From assembly GCF_004010195.1 (NCBI RefSeq), contig NC_057719.1, positions 27,199,623 through 27,263,622 on the forward strand: DNA of 64,000 bases. The letters run 5' to 3'. The first letter of the stretch is position 1. Each line of letters begins with the position of its first letter. Shown here piece after piece: positions 25,353 through 37,644 of this stretch. The position numbers and the translations under genes were made by a program. This stretch comes from Chiloscyllium plagiosum (lineage: Eukaryota). Under the pieces are notes generated by a model. The model made no database searches. It saw nothing but the letters and a program-made list of their open reading frames with translations, and had not been told where the DNA came from.

Positions 25353-26199
25353 GACTTCAAAGCTCGAGAGATCAATAATTTATAATGTAATTCTTAATCC
25401 TCTGAATTTCTTATTGATTCACATCATAACTGTTGTATCATTAACATGTTGTTACCTTTCCAGCCCTATGACTTGGGTGATTATCAAACATTTGTGCAGA
25501 GTTTCTGTTTGGATTTGTCTGTGTCTCAGTGAAGTGCACATGCTGTCAGGTTGGTGCTTTCTCATGGAATTGCAAGTTTGCTGATTTTTCATCTCTCTTT
25601 TTTTAATCTGTCATGGGTGACACATACCTCTACCCACCCATTCAGCTGGAACTGTTGCTCTCCTTGCTGCTTATGGTCAACAATACTGGCCTATCCTTGT
25701 TGCTGTAGTCACAATGTCACCCACTCTCAGGAAGATTCAACCTGACCAAGTCTTCCTCCACTTGCTCAAAAGAAAAGTTACCCTAACCCTCTTATCCTAA
25801 CCCTGAGAGATTTTGTATTGAAGAAAGATCCCTGGAGGAGGACACAGCTCAGACTAATCTGAGATGCACCGCAATGGAAAGGGAAAGAGGCAACATTAAA
25901 AATTGAACACGCATGACAACTAGTAATGCACAAATCACGGAAATTCAGATAGAAATAACAGAGACACTGAAGGAACATTTGGCCTCGATGAAACCAATAG
26001 CAGAGTGGTGTAAATCATTTTGTGAGAACATGTGAGGTTATGACCTTTGATAGGAAGAATAGAAGAGCTGACTATCATTTAAATAAGGAGGGACTGGAGA
26101 AAAATCAGAAAGTCCTGCTAAAATTATATCATTGCTAAAATTATATCATGAAGAGCATTTATTTGAGAAAATTTTAATGAGGTGCCACATAGTTCTTTG

Positions 26200-26303
26200 G
26201 TTAGGGTTAAAGTTAGAGTAAGGGTCAGTGTTACAGTTAGGGTTAGAGTTGGGTTAGAGTTAAGATTAAAGTTAGGGTTAGAGTTAGGATTAGAGTTAAG
26301 ATA
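26200..26303 (+). repeat. Degenerate telomere-like (TTAGGG)n hexamer tract
   Basis: About 17 hexamer units (TTAGGG, TTAGAG, TTAAAG, TTAAGA), three of them perfect TTAGGG. Confidence 0.7.
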
Positions 26304-27394
26304 ACAGCAGCAGTAATGGTTCAATCCCTGTATTAGCTGAAGTAGCTGTTGGGACCTGTCTCCTTGCCTTGCCCCACAGTGATATTGTGTGTAAACTGCG
26401 ATTGGCAAACTGCAGTGCAATGTAGCAGGTATGGCACTTGGGAATTGGCACAATGGGCACTACAGTTCCTGCACCCCAGTGGGTCCTGAAAATCCAGACA
26501 CAAAGATGGGATATCGAAACTTCCTAACATCATAATAGTCAACTATTGTATAATGAATGCCAGTTCAAATAAATAAGTGAAATGCAATAAGCGGAAGAAA
26601 ACCTAGTTTATATTTACTCCATTAATGTACTGTCTGTCCAGACTTAATTAATATTTATGGAGGAGCTGCAAGTAACCCATGTGTGAATCGATCTCAAATT
26701 CTATGCTTTAGATTTTAAATTGTGATCTGGAGCCAAATAAGCCCATTACAAATTGAATTTGTTTATGTATAAACTTTTGTATTTTTCAGACATACAACTA
26801 TAATAACCCACTTTTCAACATTCAATCACTACAGTCCAGTGGAGTGCCAGAGCCCAAGAGAACAATTAATGCATTTGGTTCGTCAAACTTCTTAAATCTC
26901 CCAAAAGTATTCGATGGTCCACATGTGCCTGGACATTGTCACTGTGTAATCTCAGATTCCTGTACTTGTCAAGAGAGAATCACAAGAGGAAGGAATAAGC
27001 CAGGAGAAGAACTCCAGCTCCAAATTAGATCAAGGAAACATTGAATTAAATGCTGACAGAGGAAGCACAAGTTAATGGTACAGTTGCAGCCTGATTAACA
27101 GAGTGCATTCAAATTAGCAACACTGCTAATTTTGAAATGGAAACCCTACACTGCATTCTGTAACAGAAATTGACAGCTCATTAGACTTAAAGATCTACCT
27201 GAACAATTTAATCTGCCCCCAGATTTCTTATTTTTGTGCAAATGTGCTTGAATGTTCATTAGCAGAAATATTTAAATTTAAAATTCTTTGCATCTAAAAA
27301 TATCTTCAACTATTGTACAATGCTGATTATACATTGCTAATAATAGAAGCATAACGCTGTTGTGACTATTTTGCTGAAGCAGCTGAAGTAATCT

Positions 27395-29785
27395 TTAGAC
27401 TTTTTCACCAATTGCCCGAGGATTCCTTGGAAAGATTCAGGACACAACAGAGCATTGTAGAGCATGGAAGGGGAGAAATTCTTACAATATGTGCAGGAGA
27501 ACATTGTGAAACAATCCATTTCCAGTCCTGCCAGGGAGGAAGCTGTGCTGGATCTGGCCCTAGGAAATGAGTGGAGAACATCAGAGTAGGGGAACATTTA
27601 GGAAATAGTGATCACACATAATAAAGCTGAATATTCATTTGGAAAAGGATGAAAGTCAGTCAATGATTCAGACTGGAAAGGGACAGGTTGTAGAGGTCTA
27701 AAAGTTGAACTGGAACACATTAATTGGAAATGTATTCTGGTGGATAAAACAGTGGCAGAAAAAAATCGGAAAACTTCAAAAGGAATATGGTGCAAGCTAG
27801 GTATCTAGTCATGAGAAATAAAGTATCCAAAGCTTAAGTGCCCTGGATGACTAAGGATATTGATGAAGAAGTAAGTAAGGAAAAAGGGGGCATATAATGC
27901 ATACCAGAATAACAATAGTAACACAAATCAGGAAGAGTATCTTAAAGATGGGGAGAGGCTAAGACGGAAATAAGGAAGGTTAAGAGGAAACATGAAGAAT
28001 GGATAGCAGGATGCACTAAAACAAATAGTAAAATGTTCTTCAAACATATTAATGGCAAAAGATCAGTGAAGGATAGAATGGGACCCATTAGGCGCAAGCA
28101 GGAAAAGCTGTTCACTGAAGTAAAGGATATGGCAGAGGTACTAATTGAATATTTTGCTTCTGTCTTAACCAATTGAAAATGTGGGTGTTGAGCAAATGAA
28201 CTGTATTGTAACAGATAAAGAAGAGGTGCTAAAAAGGCTAGCAGCAGACCAGGTAGATGAGTTACCAGATCCAGGCAGGAGGTATCCTAACTCACTGGAG
28301 AGTAAAGGGAGCCATTAACAGAAAATTTTCAGGCCTGTCTGAGTACAAGAGTAGTTCTAGGGGACTGGTGGATTGCAAATATAATGCCATTATTTAAGAA
28401 AAGGACAAAGGATAACCCATGAAACTACAGATGTGTCAGCTTGACATCAATAGTGGGAAACTGATGGAAAGCATAACACAGGATAGGGAAATGTACACTT
28501 AGAGAAAAATAAAATAATATGAGACAGTCAGAAGGACTTTGTCAAGGGCAGGTCAGGGCTGACAAATTTAATTGAGTTCTTTGATGAGGTGATACAGGCA
28601 GTAGATGAGGATAGTGCTGTGGATGTTGTATATCTAGACTTTCAGACAGCAATTGATACAGTGCCAGATGGCATGTTGGTTAGCAATTTAAAGTGTGTGG
28701 GATCGATGGGTCCTCAGCAGCATGGATTAGAAGTTGACTAAAGGATCTGTAACAGACAATCTGTTTGAATTAGATGGGCTTGTCTCAGATTGGAAACAAG
28801 TTGAAAGTGATGTTTCCCAGGGATCAGTGTTGGGACCTTTGTTTTTATTTTAATTTACATAAACAATTTGGAATTAGGTAATGAGGGAAAAATCTCTAAA
28901 TTTGCACATGATACTAGTCTAGAGAGAATAGTGATTTGTGAGGGACGTTGCTGGACAACATGAGAGGGACATCAACAAATTGGCCAAATGGGCTGACATC
29001 TGGCAGATGAAAATCAATGCAGAGAAATGTGAGGCGATGCATTTTGGTGGAAAAAGCACAGAGAGACTATACAGGCTCAATGGTACAACTTTGAGGTGAA
29101 TACAGGAGCAGAGGGATCTCAGGGTTCACGTAGAGATTCTCTAAGGATGGCCAGGCAAGTTGAAACAGTTGTTAAGAAGGCTTATATGATCCTTGGGTTT
29201 ATAAGTGGGGGCATAGAGTATAAAAGCAAGAAAGTGATGCTACACGTCTACAAATCATTGGTCAGACTATATTTGAAGTATTTTGTTCAATTCTGGGCAC
29301 TTATTTAAGGAAGGATGTTGAAGCCCTGGAGAGAATTCAAAGGAGATTTCATGGGATGACACAGAAATTAAGGATTTTAGACACAAGGTGAGATTGGAGA
29401 CACTGGTCCTGTTCTCTTTGGAGCAGAGACGATTATGGGGTGACCTTACTGAGGTATTCAAAATTACGAACAATGTTAAGAAGGTAAAGAGGATATTCAG
29501 TAACTAGGGGTCATAACTTCAAAATTGTCAGCAAGGGAGATAGGAATGAATAGGAGGAGAAACCTTTTTACTTAGTTGTTAGATTTTGGAATACACTCTC
29601 TGGGAGAGTGGTGGATGTGGATTCCATAGGAGGTTTCAAAAGAAGCCAGATACATATTCAAAAGAGATGAAGTTAGAGAGCTAAGGACATAGGGCTGGAG
29701 AGTAGGACCAGCTAGGTAGCTTTTTTGGGAGTCAGTACAGACACAATGGGTTGAATGGCCTTCTGTATTGTACAATTCTATGTTT
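27395..29785 (+). mobile_element. CR1 LINE, APE C-terminus through RT and 3' UTR (old)
   Basis: EHLGNSDH, WWIANIMPLFKKRTK, LDFQTAID, VSQGSVLGP and YKSLVRLYLKYFVQFWA, with many stops. Confidence 0.9.
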
Positions 29786-29855
29786 TTTTTAATTCTAACT
29801 CTGTGGCCAAGATGAACTTCACCAAGTTCCTGAGGTTAGTGGAAGCTTGGACAAT

Positions 29856-30175
29856 GTCAGTGATGCATTGATAATATCATTGGACTAGCAATCCAGGAAT
29901 CTAGGCTAATAGTCTGGGGACCGGGAATCAAATCCCACCTGGCAGATAGTGGCATCTGAGTTCACTAAAAATCTAGAATAAAATATTAGCCCAATGGTAA
30001 CCATCGACCCATTGTTAATTGTCATTAAACAAAATCTGGGAAATGTGCCATATTTATCTGATCTGTTTTACATGTGACTCCATGTTTGTCTGCTTTTAAT
30101 TGTCTGCTTGGCAAATAGGGTTTGGTAATAAATGCTGTCCTCACCACATACCCACATCCCATAAATGAAGAAAGG
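29856..30175 (+). mobile_element. Third SINE family (tRNA-like head, tail shared with the second LINE family)
   Basis: Decayed head TGGACTAGCAATCCAG..GAATCAAATCCCACC. Tail GGTAATAAATGCTG..CCCACATCCCATAAATGAA resembles the LINE 3' end at 9825-9880 on the minus strand. Confidence 0.6.
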
Positions 30176-31604
30176 AACTAGGGGTATCTGACCTAATTTA
30201 ATCTCTCATACCATTACTGGAGAGAGATTAGTTCTGGACAGAAGCTCAACATAATTAACTCAATAAAAATGTTAATAAAGCTGTTGAAACAATGTTGGAA
30301 ATGATTGGATATTCAATGTTTGAGAGCTGAGTGAAATATTGTAGTGAATTACTTGCTTGTGGAGAACTCCACAGCTGGAACTGCCCAGAAACTGTCTTTA
30401 CTTAAGTTTTGTTCACCTAGCAAGGTAGGTTTGCTTAACTATCCCCCTCTATCAAATTGCCTTATCACCGCTCACAGCCTTGCTTACAGATACATGCCAC
30501 ACAAAATAAATGCAGCATTTGTTCTCTCATAGTGATACTCTTTCCCCTTTCAGTGACAGATTAGCACTATACCAAGGCAAATGTCTACAATGTCAGCAGT
30601 AGGAAACTAGCAGGTTGAGGGACAAATAGCCTTACATTGCCAACAAAACTGACTCGTAGGCATTGGCAGCATTAGAGAACAGACCGAGAAGTAATGAAAC
30701 TGAGTGGGATGAAGGGGATATTGGCCAAGAGCAAGACAAGCATGAAAGATCAGAGTAAGGCAGGGCAGGCCGATAGTCATACAACCAATCAGTACATGAT
30801 TACTCCTTCACACATACCCTTCTCATTCCCCATCTCACTACGACAACAACTACAGGTCTGGGAAAACTTGATTATCCTTGAGCTCTCCTTTCAAACAAAA
30901 GATGACAGAGCTGTGAGAGAGAAAAGCAGTCAGAAATTTGCTTCCCTGCGTTAGCAAGTACAACATTACTGCCACTTTGCAAAGAAAAATTGAGGGGGAA
31001 AGGCTGGCATTGGGAATCATAATGCCAAGAGTGAACTAAAGTGCGATCTAAAATTATGATAAGAGGTAAGATTTATGGTTTAAAAAAAAGGTACTCACCT
31101 AAGATTAATAAGAACGAAGATAGATAATAAATTAATGCATAAGCATTCTCATAGCTACATAAAGCTCTAAGAAAGCATTATTTTGCCTTAGGTTTTGGAG
31201 GCCATTAAGCAGCAATTACAATCTGGATCTTAAATGAAGTATGAAGTGACACCAGCCAGACAACAGCTCCTCTAGCAAACTCGTAAAACAAACGTTCAAT
31301 TCAAAGATTATTTTTATTCTCAATAGAATAGAACAAAATTAGTCACCTGGATAGCACCAGAATTAAAATTGAATCTACTTATGAATCCAAGAAATTGATA
31401 TGCAACGTTTGTAATAAGCTGAAGTGAAATGGGCACTTCTGTATTTCATCCATGACAAGTCTATCTCCTTAGGAATAGCTTTGTGCTAAGCGATTTGATT
31501 AATTTCATGTCCCCAGTGATTAAATGTAATTTTACAGTGCTTTATTTATTAATTCCATTTTGTATTACACTCTAACTCCCTTTCAGTTTCCCTGAATTCA
31601 ATGG

Positions 31605-31960
31605 GTATGGTAACATAGTGGCTATGTTCATGGACTATTAATTGAGGAACCTGGGCTAAGTATCTGGCGATATGAGTTCAAATTGCACCATTGTAGCTAG
31701 AAAAATGTTAATTTAATTGAGCATAAAGCTACCATTAGTAGTTTGTCCATGAACTTATGAGATTTTTGAAAAAGCCCATTTCATTCAGCGGGATACATTT
31801 GAGAAGACAATGTGCGGTCTTCACCTTTAGTAACCTACATATGACCCCAGAGCCACAGCAATGTGGTTATCTCTTGGTTGGCCTAGCAATCTGGTCAGTT
31901 GTATCAAACAGCGACATAAGATGTATAACAGAAATAAAGGACTGACAACCTGGCACCAAC
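31605..31960 (+). mobile_element. Third SINE family copy (decayed)
   Basis: GTAACATAGTGG..TGGACTA..GAGTTCAAATTGCACCAT head. CCTACATATGACCCCAGAGCCACAGCAATGTGG body resembles the copy at 29856. Confidence 0.5.
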
Positions 31961-31974
31961 TGAGCTAATCACAT

Positions 31975-34900
31975 AACTAGGGCTGCAGACAGGGCTTTAA
32001 ACTGAATGGGATGGGGCAAGGGGTGAGTTATAGGGGAAATTAGAAAGTCCGTATTAAAGGAGGAGGTAAGAGTGCAGAACTCAGGAGAGGTTATTAAAAT
32101 CTCCAGTAAAGACCATCCAAAGACATTGTGGAATGTCTATGAGATGGCTTTTTGGAGCAGCTTGTGATGGAGCCCACTAGAGAACAGGCAATTCTGGATT
32201 TAGTGTTGTGCAGTGAGGCAGACTTGATAAGGGGACTAAAGGTGAAAGAATAGGACAGAGTGCATGGAAAGGGCTAGCAATCAAACTCCAAGCATACTGG
32301 GCAAATGAATGACAATGAGAAGAGGGACAGTTAATACAGGACTAAAGGTGTTATATCTGAATGCACACAGTGTAAGGAATAAAGTAAATGAGCTTGTGGC
32401 GCAGATTAAAATTGGCAGGTATGACGTGATGGGTATCACAGAGGTTACAAGGGGATCAGGATTGGGGGCTAAATATTCAAGGGTATACATCATATCAAAA
32501 AGATAGGTAGGTGGGCGGAGGGGGTTGGGTTGCCTTATTGGTAAGAAATTAAATTAGTAAGAAACAAAATAAGGTCAGATGGTGTAGAATCTGCGTAGGT
32601 AGAATTGAGGAACTGCAAAGGTAAAAATATCCATAGTTGGAATTATGTACAGGCCTCCAAACAATAGTCAGGAGCTGGGGCGCAAGATACTCCAGGAGTT
32701 AGAAATGATGTGTAGGAAAGGCGAAGTTACAGTAATCATGGGGGAGTTTCAATATGCAGGTGGGCTGGGAAAATCAGGTTGGCCGTGGATTGCAAGGAAA
32801 GGAATTTGTGGAATGTCTACGAGATGGCATTTTGGAGCAGCTTATGATGGATCCCACTAGAGAACAGGCAATTCTGGATTTAGTGCTGTGCAATGAGGCA
32901 GACTTGATAAGGGAGCTTAAGGTGAAGAAACCCTTAGGAGACAGTGATCATAATATGATTGAATTTACTCTGCAATTTTAGAGGGAGAAGATAGAATCAG
33001 AGGTAACAGTATTACAGCTGAATAAAGGCAACCACAGAGGCATGAGGGAGGAGCTGGATAGAATTGATTGGGAGAGGAGTCCAGCAGGAAAGACAATGGA
33101 ACAGCAATAGCAGGAGTTGCTGGGAGTAAATCAGGAGACAGCAGTGATTCATCCCGAGGAAAGGGAAGCATGGTGCAGGGAGGATGAGGCAACCGTGGCT
33201 GACTAGGGGATAGCAGAAAATCAAATGTGAAAGCATACAATGCGGCAAAGGGCAGTGGGGAACCAGAGGATTGGGAAGCTTACAAAGACCAATAGAGGGC
33301 AACAACAAAAGAAATAAGAAAGGAGAAGATTAAGTATGAGGGTAAGCTAGCCAGAAACGTAAGGGAAGACTGGAAGAATTTCTTTAGATATATAAAAGGG
33401 GCAAAAGTGGACATTGGGCTGCCAGAAAATGACACTGGAGAGATAGTAGTGGGGAACAAGAAAACGGCGAGGAACTGAATAATTACTTTGCATCAGACAT
33501 CACAGTGGAAAATACGAGTAACAGTCCAAACATTCAAGGGAACTGAGTATGGTGGTCATCACCAAGGAGAAGGTGCTAGAAAAACTGAATAGCCTGAAGG
33601 TGGCTAAATCACCTGAACCAGATGGACCACACCCCAGAGTTCTAAGGGAGATAGCTGAAGTGATAGCAAAGGCATTAGTGGTGATGTTTCAGAAATCACT
33701 AGAATGGGGGACAGTCCCAGAGGACTCGAAAATCGCTAATGTGACATCTGTTTTAAAAGGGAGTAAGGCTAAAGATGGAAAACTACAGCCAGATTAGCCT
33801 AACCTCAGTCATGGATAAGATCCTGGAATCCATTGCAAAGGATGAGATTTTTGAATACTTAATAAAATAGGGAAAAGTCAGTGTGGTTTCATTGAGGGGA
33901 GGTCACACCTGACAAATCTGCTAGAATTCTTTGAGGAAGTAATGTGCAGGTTAGACCAAGGAGAGCCAGTGGATGTTATCTACCTGGACTTCAAGAAGGC
34001 TTTGACAAGGTGCCACACAGGAGGCTACTGAGTAAGATAAGGGCCGATGGTGTGACAGGCAATTTATTAGCATGAATAGAAGCTTAGCTGTCTGGCAGAA
34101 AGCAGAGAGTGAGGATAAAAGGATGGCAGCTGGTGACGTGCAAGGCTCAGTGTTAGAGCCACAACTTTTCACTTTATACATTAACGATAAAGATGAAGGA
34201 ACTGAGGGCATTCTGGCGAGGTTTGCAGATGACTCAAAGTTAGGTAGTGTGACAGGTAGCATTGAGGAGGCAGGAAGGCTGTAGAAGAATTTGGACAGAT
34301 TAGGAGAGTGGGCAAAGAAGTGGCAGATGGTGTAGAACTTGGGAAAGTGTGAGATCATGCACTTTGGTAGGAAGAATCAAAGAATGGACTATTTGCTAAA
34401 TGGGGATAAAATTCAGAAGTCTGAAGTGCAATGAGACTTGTGAGTTCTAGTCCAGGATTCTCTCAAAGTAAACTTGCAGGTGAAGTCAGTAGTTGGGAAG
34501 GCAAATGCAATGATGGCATTTATTCTGGGAGTACTTGAATATAAAAGCAGGGACATACTTCTGAGGCTCTATATAGCTCTGGTCAGATCATATTTGGAGT
34601 ATTGTGTGCAGTTTTGGGCCCGCTATCTCAGGAAGGATGTACTGACCTTGGAGTGTGTTCAGAGGAGGTTTGCAAGAAAGGTCCCAGGAATGAAAAGCTT
34701 AACATATGAGAAACGTTTGAGGACTCTGGGTGTACATACTCAATGCAGTTTAGAAGGATGAGGTGGGGATCTAATTGAAACTTACAGAATACTGAATGGC
34801 CTGGACTGAGTAGACATTGGGAAGACGCTTTATTTGATAGGAGATACTAGGACCCAAGGGCACAGCCTTAGAGTAAAGTGAAGACATTCAGCCAGAGAGT

Positions 34901-35120
34901 GACGAATCCATGGAATTCATTGCCACAGAAGGCTGTGAAGGCCAGGTCATGGAGTGTATTTAAGACTGTGATTGATAGGTTCTTGAATATCCAGGGGATT
35001 AAGGGTCACAGGGATAAAGCAGGAGAAGGGGTTGAAAAACATATCAGCCATGATCGAATGGCAGAGCAGGCACAATGGGCTGAATGGTCTAATTTCTGCT
35101 CCTATGTCTTATAGCCTTAT
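31975..35120 (+). mobile_element. CR1 LINE, nearly complete ORF2 (APE + RT), disrupted
   Basis: LKVLYLNAHSVRNK, MYRPPNN, LGDSDHNMIEF, QGSVLEPQLF..FADDSKL and LYIALVRSYLEYCVQFW. Confidence 0.95.
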
Positions 35121-36738
35121 GGTTATGGCACAAGTAAACACTGGCCAGTTAAGCCTGAAGCCTGTTCACCTGCTTTCCTCACAAGCAAAGGATGAAAGGC
35201 ACAGACCAGGTCATTTGGCTGATCCAGTCCTCTAAACCAGCCAAACTTCCTCATCTTGAAAAGTGTGCCAAAATTAAAAGGTTAGTCAAGCTACAGCCTG
35301 ACAGTCATACTCAATCATATCTCTGACCCACTTTCCCAGACTCAATCACCATTCCTAGGCATATCTTGGGGAGGACACACCCAGAGGTAGTGACACAGTC
35401 ATGTACATAGAACATAGAACAATGTAGAACATAGAACAATACAGTGCAGTACAGGCCCTTCGGCCCTTGATGTTGCGCTGACCTGTGAAACTGATCTGAA
35501 GCCCATCTTACGTACACTATCCATTATTATTCGTATATTTATCTTTTGACCAGTTAAATGCCCTTAATGTTGCAAGCAGGGCATTCCACGCCTTTCCTAC
35601 TCTCTGAGTACTGAACTTACCTCTAACATCTGTCCTATATCTATGTCCCATCAGTTTAAAGCTATGTCCCCTCGTGCTAGCTGTCACCATCCAAGGAAAA
35701 AGGCTCTCATTGTCCACTCTATCTAATCCTCTGATCATCTTGTATGTCTCTATTAAATCACCTCTTAACCTTCTTCTCTCTAATAAAAACAGCCTTTCTT
35801 CATAAGATCTTCCCTCCATACCAGGCAACATCCTGCTAAATCTTCTCTGCACCCTTTCCAATGCCTCCATGTCTTAATGCAGCGACCAGAACTGTACACA
35901 ATACTCCAAGTGCAGCCTCACCAGAGTTTTGCACAGCTGCAGCATGACCTCATGACTCTGAAACTCAATCCCTCTACTAGCAAAAGCTAACACACCGTAC
36001 GCCTTCTTAACAACCCTATCAACCTGGGTGGCAACTTGCAGGGATCTATGCACATGGACATTGAGATCTCTGCTCATCCACACCACCAGGAATCTTACCA
36101 TTAGCCCAGTACTTTATATTCCTGTTACTCCATCCAAAGTGCATCACCTCACACTTTTCCACATTAAACTCAATTTGCCACGTCTCAGCCCAGCTCTGCA
36201 GCTTATCTATATCCCTCTGTAACCTGAAACATCCTTCTACACAGTCGACAACTCTATCAACTTCAGTGTCATCCGCAAATTTACGAACAAATCCTTCTTT
36301 GCCCTCATTTATAAAAATGATAAACAGCAGTGGTCCCAAAACAGATCCTTGCGGTACACCACTAGAACTGAACCCCACAATGAACATTTACCATCAACCA
36401 TCACCCTCTGTTTTCTTTCAGTTAGCTGATTTCTGATCCAAACTGCTAAATCACCTTTAATCCCATGCCTCTGTATTTTCTGCAATAGCCTTCCATGGGG
36501 AATATTTTCAAACGCTTTAGAGAAATCCATATACACCACATCAATCGTTTTACCCTCATCCACCTGTTTGGTCACCTTCTCAAAGAATTCAATAAGGTTT
36601 GTGAGGCACCACCTACCCTTCGCAAAACCATGTTGACTATCCCTTATCAGATTATTCCTTTTTAGATGATTATAAACCCTATCTCTTGTAATCCTTTGCA
36701 ACACTTTATCCACAACTGAAATAAGGCTCATTGGTCTA

Positions 36739-37644
36739 TTTTGAAACACTCACAAGAGTGCCCTTTTCGAGTCTTTACATCGCTCGTCGATGTTTTGGAC
36801 TCTCTAGCATGACCACAGGCCAAAGGCTGGGGTGGTATTGGTGTTATATGAGGCTCGGGTATTGGTGGTCCTCCATTAATCTGGAGTCAGACTGATCATG
36901 GTGTGGGTGGATTGGAGCCCCCATTTTTAAAAAAATTTTTATTTCATTTTTTGGTGGGGGTTGGCTGATCCTTGTCTCTGGCCGGAGGCGACTGGCGGTG
37001 GTTTGCTCACTTATCACTGAAGAGTTGTAACAATTCAAGTATCAGTGATAACGTGAGTCTTGATGTCATTTGGGCGAAGGTATTCAATCGTTCTATGCCG
37101 AGGAATTTCCTGAGGCTGTTATTCAGGCCCAGTCACTTGCCTCATGCACCCATCCCGAAGCCGAAGTGCTTGGGTTCCGAGCCTCCCGACAATTCCGCTA
37201 TCTCAGCGTTAAGGTGTTTATATTTTCGCTTTACTCACACATTCCATTTCCAGTGCTTTACTGTCATTCTCGTACTGCACTGTGACATCTACTACCGCGA
37301 TCTTGTGATCTTTCTTGAATATAGGATCAGGTTTCCAAAGTGAGCCACCGTTTGCAAATAATCAGACTCCACGTACAATGTCCAGCCGTACTTACTGACA
37401 TGTTTTTGCAACTGGTCAGCGATTTTGTTATGGCGTTCTTGACAAATGGGGAGCATCCTGCGATGTGCGAGATGGTCTCGACTGCCGTCTCACACCTTCG
37501 GCATATTTTGTTTCTATTCAGTCTTCCTCTACATAGTGTGGCTCTTGTCAGGTATAGATTACACCACAGGAGCAAGCTGTTTATGAACAGAGAGGATTTC
37601 CATTGATCTGCTGCTTTTAGCCATGAATTAGAGATTTTGTCATG
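36739..37644 (-). mobile_element. R2 retrotransposon 3' fragment, part 2: CCHC knuckle, restriction-like endonuclease and 3' UTR
   Basis: HDKISNSW..NLYLTRATLCRGR..CRRCETAVETISHIAGC. After frameshifts: KPDPIFKKDHKIAVVDVTVQYE, KYKHLNAEIAEL..FGFGMGA*GK, FAQMTSRLTLSLILELLQLFSDK* (stop 37007-37009). A ~268-nt 3' UTR ends in AAAA. Confidence 0.88.

Noticed and set aside
26790..27044. Possible exon after TTTTGTATTTTTCAG with an open frame
   Set aside because: No recognisable protein similarity and no supporting neighbouring exons.
36729..36738. 28S rRNA fragment next to R2
   Set aside because: The flank is CR1 ORF2 (RPMSLISVV). The resemblance to 28S covers only about 10 nt.
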